A stretch of 20,000 bases of DNA, from contig JBDOQK010000041.1 of assembly GCA_040437565.1 (NCBI GenBank), positions 299,974-319,973 on the forward strand, written 5' to 3'. The DNA is from Albugo candida (taxonomy: Eukaryota). The position numbers were made by a program, and so were the translations under genes. Below are positions 13,487 through 20,000 of the stretch, piece after piece. The notes beneath the pieces are model-generated. The model saw only the letters and a list, made by a program, of their open reading frames with translations, made no database searches and was not told the DNA's origin. Numbering within the stretch: the first letter of the stretch is position 1; each line of letters opens with the position of its first letter.

Positions 13487-15237
13487 TTAGGCATGTAAGT
13501 TCTCTGATAGACGATACAGACTATCGACGACAACGCCGACATTTTTTATGACTCCAAGTCCTGCCGTATACGTTTTCTGATCAACAAGAACCGCAGTGTC
13601 AATTTCATCCGGTGAAGAGCAATCCCGCACTCACATCTTCCACAGGATCATCGTAAACAATTAGCTGTCCTTTTCCTTGGTCCAAAATGCCGTGAAATTT
13701 ATGGTCGAGAATCATTTGGGACAATCTAAAACAATCGAATAAAGTGAAGTCGTCCGCTATCAGGCTTCAATGAATGTATTACTTGATTTCGATTTGCTTC
13801 GATGGAAGATTGATGAGTTTTGCCACATGCTCAATTTCCACGCACGAGAATGGTTGGATAATCTTGATCAAATTGCTTTCCAACAAGCGCTCATAAAGCT
13901 TCCCTAAATGATTTTTGATGAGTGGATCGTGCACAAGTTCTACATATTTCCAAGTATGGTTAATGTGAGACGCTGCTTCAGATTGCATGAAAAATCGCTG
14001 TACGGGCGGCATATTTCGAGGTCGTCTCCTGGAACAATTCCAGCGACCGTTTCTCGTGAGCTTTAGCTACAGCTTGTAATGCCTCGATATCGATTCCACT
14101 GTATTTGGCTGCTTGTTTTCCGTTGATGACTGAGTTTACTTCATGTGCATCTCCGCAGGCAATTTTGCACAATAGCATGTACTTCAAACACAATAACGCA
14201 GAAGGCTCATTGAGCTGTGCTAGAGCTTCAAATGACTCGAAAAAGTAAGAGTAGGAGGTTTTGTAGTCGTATTCTTCGGCATGAAGTATTCCAGACATCA
14301 TGTCAATCTGAGCTTGTGTTTTCGGAACAACGTAAATAGCGTTAGAGATACTTCTTGAAGCCGTCAACGCTGCTTTTGCTTTGGCAATGTTGCGCAATGC
14401 ATGATAGAGTTTGCTTTCGATGAGGTGGATTTCCACGAGCAACTGCTTATCATCCAATTTCTTGATTTCTCGAAGCAATCCGCTGATGAGATCCAGTGCC
14501 TCCTGATACTTTCCCTGTTGAAAAAGTCTACAACGAAGATAAGAATTTAATGATTTTCGCATTTTCGCTCAAGTGTTTACAAACATTGAAGCAAGTCGAC
14601 TTTCGACACGTTGACGTAAAAAGGTATGCTTCTCTTTTTTGCACCAGTCGATGCTATCGTAGCACAAGTCAGCTTGCAGCTTGAGAGCTTTATCTTGATC
14701 CAAAGCTTCGACTTTAGATATCATGTCAATGACAGTTCGGACTACAACATTTATCCCTTTTTCAGCAATGTGTCCGAATAGATTTTTTTGTACGATGGCA
14801 CACCAATTTTTCCTGTTTTTGCTTTTGGAATTATTAAGAAGAAAGCTCCAAGTGATTGCAAAAGATTCCCCAGTTCCTTTTCCCGTCTGTTTACGACAGT
14901 CATGCTTACAAATGGCAAACATTAGTATCAAAATCGAATAGAATTTACCCAAATTGGATGTATAATTGCGACAATTTGTAAATTGCCTTCTCTTTGACTC
15001 GAAGAACAATTTCTATCATCGGCTTCTCCTCTAACATGATTGATAATTATCGGCGTGCACATTGCAAGAAATTACAATGATACCGTGAGATATAATCTCA
15101 TGTAGTGAGCGGATAGCATGATCAGGAGATGATTTTTTTGTAAGACCCGTGATGAGCTCTTCAGTTTCCTCCAGTTTCACGCATAGAGGATGAATCTCTT
15201 CAGCAGCTTTCATTTCGACATCGGAAGTATCTGGCAT
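13487..15237 (-). CDS. RPN6: 26S proteasome regulatory lid subunit RPN6/PSMD11 (PCI domain), 8 exons, ~445 aa
   Basis: Exons 15237-15084, 15030-14949, 14886-14804, 14741-14585, 14527-14004, 13939-13783, 13725-13635, 13576-13487 join in frame through GT-AG introns of 53-64 nt (1,338 nt total). Motifs: [100 protein letters not shown]. Confidence 0.96.
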
Positions 15238-15306
15238 GATCTGTGACCCTGATCAAACTTTACAAATATGATGTCCCTTGATTATGCATGAGCCTTCGGT
15301 ATTTAA

Positions 15307-15406
15307 NNNNNNNNNNNNNNNNNNNNNNNNNNNNNNNNNNNNNNNNNNNNNNNNNNNNNNNNNNNNNNNNNNNNNNNNNNNNNNNNNNNNNNNNNNNNNN
15401 NNNNNN
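15307..15406. other. Scaffold gap (100 N)
   Basis: Run of 100 N in the RPN6/SPT3-like intergenic region. Confidence 0.99.
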
Positions 15407-15442
15407 TTTAATAATACATTTATTGTAAATTACAGCGAGTGT

Positions 15443-17225
15443 TCAACGAAGCCGTTTCAATCGGATTCCCGAATCCGTTGATTGCTGCGCTCCTTTGCGC
15501 AGCTCGTCAGCTCTACTGTCTTGATTTAGATTGCAAGACATATCACTGTCTTTCCCCTTTGCCATCTTTTTCGCTTTTCGTTTCTTTTGCTTGAGTGGTA
15601 CATCACGCTTTGGTGGAATAGCAGCAGTAGACTTGTCAAAAGTTTCAATAACGGCGCTAAACATGAACACTCAGAGCTCCGTCCATACCAAGTATTTACA
15701 GCATACCTTATATCACTTGTCAATAATGAATCACGCTGCTCTAACAAGATACCACCGGCACGATACTTGATCGCAAGCTCCACGAGCCGTCCGATGCTAG
15801 CAAAATAAAGTCAATATGAGACTTGTAATATCGCCAAGCATTTGTGGTACTTACTTGTAGTAAACAACAAAATTTAAAAACTCCAATGACGCCTGTGAGC
15901 AATCGCCGATCTTCAACCATTCTTTGAATGGAACTCCTTTCTTCACCATGAAATTTTTTCGCCTGTCTCTATGGTGCGTGGACATAACTGAGCGGAAGCC
16001 TTATAGTACAAAGAGATAGAGCTTCTTTACTGCGAGAAAGAGTCGTAGATAACCCAGTCCATTTTCTGTGTGCGCTCGTCTGCAAACTTTATTCGTGTCT
16101 GACGTAACATCGTGAGCTTATCGTACATTCTCGTTATAGTAGTTGTGACGCATACCAAAAACTCCTCACTAAGCCCACCATTCGCCTCGGATACTGCGAA
16201 AAAATTGAGTTCTTCTGCCAGTTCCTCTTCTTTGATTGTTTCCAGATCGTTCTCTTGCTTCGTCTCGGTTTTGAACTCACGCCAGCGACCATAGTACATG
16301 GCTTCCTCCTGAAATAAGTCTACTAGTGTCTACGAGAATTCAGCGTCAGATTCGATGTACCTTCAACTGATTTCAGTCTCACTCTGAGGCAAGGATCCCC
16401 CGAAGTAGACTCTTCTTCCATCGCTTTCAGCCGATTGCGTGTGAATTCACCAACTATGTACGAGCTATCAAAGATATGGCGATAAATTATCTGATGCTAA
16501 AAATGTCACCAGTATGACGAATAAACTCCACAGTGCTCACGCATGGTTCTGCGGCGTCACCAAACGTTATCATGATTGACCTAATTGTTGTATCAATGAC
16601 TTTCATTTCGGATTTTGCATTCTTCTTTTCCACAATAGCATGTGTCTTTCCACAAAAACACGGTTTTGTTCCATAAAATTCCTCATCCACTACCTTCCAT
16701 CTGTGCCTGCTACTCCCTTTTAGCTTGGAAGATCTTGTAGCATCCTGCAGTTCGTGAGCACACTCCGTTATAAAATGATCTCTTGTCTCGATTCTTGTAT
16801 CTTTGAGCTTTGAACCACTTATATTTCTGATATTGCGTTTTCGAATCATTTCCAGATATGGATCTGGACGCATCGCTTCCTTCTTTTCAGTATCCACTCG
16901 CGTAATTATCTCCTCGTACGCACTAGTCTTTTCCTTTCTCTCTTGCTGCTCGTTAGTGGTTACTTTTCCAATCTGCTTGTACTTTATGTACTCGAGCATT
17001 TCTCGTTTCTGCTTAACCGTAAGAGACTTCCAGCCTTTCGTCTAGGTCAAACATCAGCGAATCATGTGTAATTTAGAAAGACATTTCTGTGTGATCTACC
17101 TCTTTGTATGGATAGTCATTTTGGATTGCATGAAGCAAGCGGTGTATCTGTTCCAAAAGCGGTAAATGCCCAAGATTTTCTAGTCCAAACTCATTTCCAT
17201 CGCACTCCACTGACGTGTTTTCCAT
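15443..17225 (-). CDS. SPT3: SPT3/SUPT3H-like SAGA subunit (TFIID-18kDa/TAF13-like histone-fold family), 7 exons, ~485 aa
   Basis: Exons 17225-17100, 17041-16510, 16453-16361, 16319-16031, 15968-15855, 15796-15707, 15656-15443 splice in frame (1,458 nt). Motifs recalled from Spt3: IRSIMITFGDAAEPCVSTVEFI (TAF13-like fold), RIKFADERTQKMD..YDSFSQDRRKNF.VKKG..FKEWL, and LEFLNFVVYYNIGRLVELAI...LLTSDI (TAF11-like fold). Confidence 0.75.
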
Positions 17226-17309
17226 CAGGAAAGTGAACCAATCATACCTGATGAAAATATTGTGATTGAAGAGTTTCAGTTATCGACCAATCATCACCAC
17301 CACCTTAGC
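17226..17309. promoter_or_regulatory. 84-bp divergent (bidirectional) promoter with two CCAAT boxes
   Basis: Lies between ATGs at 17225 (-) and 17310 (+). ACCAATCAT occurs twice (CCAAT at 17238-17242 and 17287-17291). Confidence 0.55.
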
Positions 17310-18165
17310 ATGAATGCCAAAACTTCTGAAGCGTTAAACAATATCAATGACCTCATATGCGATCTCGAAGCTGATCTCATCATTTCTGAAGGTCAGAGCA
17401 CTGATGCTGCAAAAACTTTGATTGCTACACCCAGACTTTCACCATCTGAAGCGAGTCCACAGCCGAAACAGGTGATAAAGGCCGTCAAGAAGGAGAAGCA
17501 ACCGAAAAGAAGCGCCCCAGTAGATCCTGTAACAGAAAATCAATCTGATATCTCCAAGCTTGATTTGCGCGTTGGCAAAATCACGAAAGCATGGACACAT
17601 GAAAAGGCGGATAAGTAAGATGACTCATTATTGCCTACTTTCTTGTGTGTGCGTGCATCGACTCAAATTGCTGGGTAGACTTTACTGTGAAGAAATAGAT
17701 GTTGGGGAGGAAAATGCTCGCCTGGTTGCCAGTGGTTTGCGAAGTCACTACAAGTTGGAAGAGATGCAGAATCGTTTAGTTGTCGTACTTTGTAATCTGA
17801 AGCCGCGCAATATGTTGGGATTCAGAAGCCACGGAATGGTCATGTGTGCAGCAACAACATTGGACAATGGAGAAGAAAAAGTTCGTTTTGTGGAACCCCC
17901 TCTGAACGCTAAGGTGCGCTAGGAAATATGTTTGCAATCTTGTTTTATTGCAACGTGCAAATAGATTGGAGAACGAGTTGCATTCGAAGGATTGAGCGGG
18001 GAGCCGTGGACCCCTGCTCAAATCGAAAAGAAAAAAGTATTAGACAAGATTGGGTCAGATATGCACACTGGAAGTGATGGTGTAGCCAAATACAAAGATT
18101 GCCTCTTTTCAACTTCAGCTGGCCCATGCACTGCCCCAGAGATCGTAAACGGTGTGATTCGCTGA
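17310..18165 (+). CDS. EMAP-II/Arc1p/AIMP1-like tRNA-binding (OB-fold) protein, 3 exons, ~246 aa
   Basis: Exons 17310-17614, 17679-17913, 17965-18165 in frame (741 nt). Motifs: DISKLDLRVGKI...HEKADKLYCEEIDVGE..RLVASGL...NLKPRNMLGFRSHGMVMCA...VEPP..AKIGERV. Preceded by a Lys/Pro-rich linker. Confidence 0.92.
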
Positions 18166-18351
18166 GACGCTAATTTGGAATAATATAACCGGAACGTTCT
18201 GCAGTTAGAGCATTCTATTATACGATTACTACTAAATGCATGACTCTCGAACATAACCAATGTGTAATACCTGATAAAAGCCCGTTGCGTGGGTATACTC
18301 TATTGCTGGGTATGTTGTGGAAGAACACCTCAGTTGTATGTCTTCAAAGAA

Positions 18352-18928
18352 TCATAACAAATTGTTAGAGTCGTCTGGCACTCTGACCGTTGCGCCTTCG
18401 AGTAGTTTAGAGACTTTAATTTGGCAGCCTAGACGCGATCTAACACAGAAAGAAAGTATTGAGAAGTCATAATCAGAACTATTTTTTTTTTTTTTTTTAC
18501 GTTTCAGTCAAACCCCATGCCAGATCAAGCATATCTTCTTCTTCTTCGGAGACTTCTGGCAATGCGTCATAAACCTCCTTTTCAAATATCAAATGGCATG
18601 TCGAGCATGCTAGCTCGCCACCGCAAGCCCCTTTCAAAGAAGAAGAAGAGGAGTCAGGGTTGAAAACCTTCAAAAAGATTGTCAGGGAAGAAGAAGAACC
18701 TTCGAGTTCGATGTCATTATCATGAGCAACATCGAGCAATGTTTCTCCGATTGCGGCGGATATGCAATTGCGCTGACCTTCATTATCGATGAAACAGAAC
18801 GAGACCTTTTTTTGAGTAGACAGAAATTTATGAAGGGTAACTGGTCCTGAATATCTGCTCGTATGATTCAGTAGCAACCGAATGCTATTTGATCCAAGTT
18901 TCGTGGACCAAAGCAGTGAAGCCAACAT
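18352..18928 (-). CDS. Mitochondrial adrenodoxin-type 2Fe-2S ferredoxin (Yah1/FDX-like), 3 exons, ~148 aa
   Basis: Exons 18928-18700, 18630-18501, 18439-18352. Motifs: GETLLDVAHDNDIELEGACGGELACSTCH...[22 protein letters not shown] (four cluster Cys). The N-terminus is rich in S/L/R/K, consistent with a mitochondrial presequence. Confidence 0.95.
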
Positions 18929-18978
18929 TCTAGTTAGTGTGGCTGGATCGATGGTACACACTATCATACCAAACAAGT

Positions 18979-18983
18979 AAAAA
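18979..18983 (-). terminator. Pol III terminator (T5) of tRNA-Lys
   Basis: TTTTT on the minus strand, 2 nt after the discriminator base. Confidence 0.75.
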
Positions 18984-18985
18984 TG

Positions 18986-19058
18986 TGCCCTCCGTGGGGC
19001 TCGAACCCACGACCACTGGCTTAAAAGGCCAGCGCTCTACCGACTGAGCTAGAAAGGC
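18986..19058 (-). tRNA. tRNA-Lys(TTT): tRNA-Lys (anticodon UUU), intronless, no encoded CCA
   Basis: GCCTTTCTAGCTCAGTCGGTAGAGCGCTGGCCTTTTAAGCCAGTGGTCGTGGGTTCGAGCCCCACGGAGGGCA. Acceptor stem GCCTTTC/GGAGGGC, A box TAGCTCAGTCGG, anticodon arm CTGGC-CTTTTAA-GCCAG, T arm GTGGG-TTCGAGC-CCCAC. Confidence 0.97.
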
Positions 19059-19072
19059 ACTTCTCAATTTGC
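19058..19072 (+). promoter_or_regulatory. Oomycete INR+FPR-like core promoter abutting the tRNA 5' end, pointing into the downstream ORF
   Basis: CACTTCTCAATTTGC fits CAYTYB-NNN-WTTY(NC), about 100 nt upstream of the ATG at 19159. Confidence 0.5.
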
Positions 19073-20000
19073 CAGCTGCTACGCACCTCGCAAACTGGAT
19101 ACACAACAACCAACTTTCAACCACACCACCCTTATTGACTACTATTCTCTCCAACAGAATGGTTTCTATCGACATTTCGCGTTTACCCATCGTTACGTCG
19201 TCCGACGATGTCACAACTCGTGCACCAGTTCCAACGGAAAATGTTTCTTTGGATGCGGCCACCTGCCACTCAGAATCCACGGAATCTGAAACGGTCCAAT
19301 CAGATGTGACCATGACTGTCGAGCCAGCTCGTATTCTACCCAAGGAGATTCCATCGATCCCTATGGACATCGATGACGCGACCGCGTCATTACCTCCTGT
19401 ATCGGTAAAAAAACCGGTTAAACAAGAAAACCGCGCTACCTTGGCGGATATCCTGAAGGGCAACGAGGAAATCCGCAAGGATAAAGCGGCTAAAAAAGCA
19501 ACATGGAAGGTTGAAATGCCTAAGCCATTAGCTGCGGATCTTCGCGCTATTGAAAAGCTTTTCGAAAATGGCCGCCCAAGTTGGGAGATTTTGTCTGCAC
19601 ACTTGACTGCAGCAAAACCCTTCGCTCTACCCAGTGCAAAATTCTCGGTAGTGCTGGAAACTGGTCAGGCGCTGGTTCGAATCCCACCAGCGCATATTTT
19701 GCAATCCTTCGTTCGAGATCACGGTAATGTGATTGTCGACGAGCTTTTCGAAGCAGGGAAAATTGGCCAATTGGCTAAATTGCCAGGTGGTAATTTGAGA
19801 CTCCTCGTTACCGAAGAGGAAGTTTGCCATAAATTGGCCCACGAAACTGTTACGATTCTTGGGAACAAATACTCATTCCGTGAATTCGATATTCTTGGTT
19901 CGAGATTTTTCTTGGATATTTTCGGAATTGGACCGGAAATGCCCACACTCAACATTGCGTCGGCTTTGCATCGTCTTGGGTGCGATGTTCTGTATGAGAA
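19059..20000 (+). mobile_element. Putative 5' end of a non-LTR retrotransposon adjacent to tRNA-Lys
   Basis: INR-like start, C/A-rich ~100-nt leader (CAACAACCAAC, CAACCACACCACCC), then the ORF1-like frame. The boundary and identity are inferred; ORF2, the 3' tail and a target-site duplication would lie outside the window. Confidence 0.5.
19159..20000 (+). CDS. Intronless ORF (at least 280 aa, open to window end) resembling ORF1 (RRM-type gag-like protein) of an L1/Tx1-like non-LTR retrotransposon
   Basis: Translated by hand with no stop from 19159 to 20000: MVSIDISRLP...(S/T/P/E-rich disordered region)...RATLADILKG...KLPGGNLRLLVTEEEVCHKLAHETVTILGNKYSFREFDILGSRFFLDIFGIGPEMPTLNIASALHRLGCDVLYE. 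This matches the ORF1p layout of disordered N-terminus, SYA..V-like helix and tandem RRM-like segments. It looks more GC-rich than the neighbouring genes and has no introns. No RT or endonuclease is visible in the window. Confidence 0.65.
   Translation, partial: MVSIDISRLPIVTSSDDVTTRAPVPTENVSLDAATCHSESTESETVQSDVTMTVEPARILPKEIPSIPMDIDDATASLPPVSVKKPVKQENRATLADILKGNEEIRKDKAAKKATWKVEMPKPLAADLRAIEKLFENGRPSWEILSAHLTAAKPFALPSAKFSVVLETGQALVRIPPAHILQSFVRDHGNVIVDELFEAGKIGQLAKLPGGNLRLLVTEEEVCHKLAHETVTILGNKYSFREFDILGSRFFLDIFGIGPEMPTLNIASALHRLGCDVLYE

Noticed and set aside
15302-15411. TTTAA on both sides of the second gap
   Set aside because: A 5-nt AT-rich match is too short to support an overlap or target-site duplication.
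18986-19058. tRNA as a SINE head or LTR primer-binding site
   Set aside because: It is a full cloverleaf with its own T5 terminator and no SINE body or tail. It lacks the TGG (anti-CCA) of a primer-binding site and no LTR is evident.
18930-19478. 182-aa minus-strand ORF crossing the tRNA
   Set aside because: Mirror frame of the plus-strand ORF1-like gene, starts at a non-ATG codon and reads through a tRNA gene.
1-20000. CRISPR arrays, prokaryotic operons or defence systems
   Set aside because: No repeat-spacer pattern; the window is spliceosomal-intron-containing eukaryotic DNA.

Overview
Compact eukaryotic genomic DNA with short (about 41-69 nt) GT-AG introns and very short intergenic spacers. 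An oomycete such as Albugo is a plausible source (inference from gene content, intron size and INR+FPR-like core promoters). From left to right: (1) an axonemal inner-arm dynein heavy chain (DNAH1-like, minus strand, runs off the left edge) containing a 2,395-bp duplication around a 100-N gap that is almost certainly an assembly artefact; (2) the 8-exon proteasome lid subunit RPN6/PSMD11; (3) a second gap; (4) a 7-exon SPT3-like histone-fold gene, head-to-head with (5) an EMAP-II/Arc1p-like tRNA-binding protein; (6) a mitochondrial 2Fe-2S ferredoxin; (7) tRNA-Lys(UUU); and (8) an intronless plus-strand ORF, absent from the ORF track because it has no stop in the window, that resembles ORF1 of a non-LTR retrotransposon. 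The best lead is that this putative LINE sits head-to-head against the 5' end of the tRNA gene, with an initiator-like motif abutting tRNA +1, which suggests a tRNA-gene-targeted retrotransposon. A second oddity is a ferredoxin intron built from two back-to-back mini-intron units.
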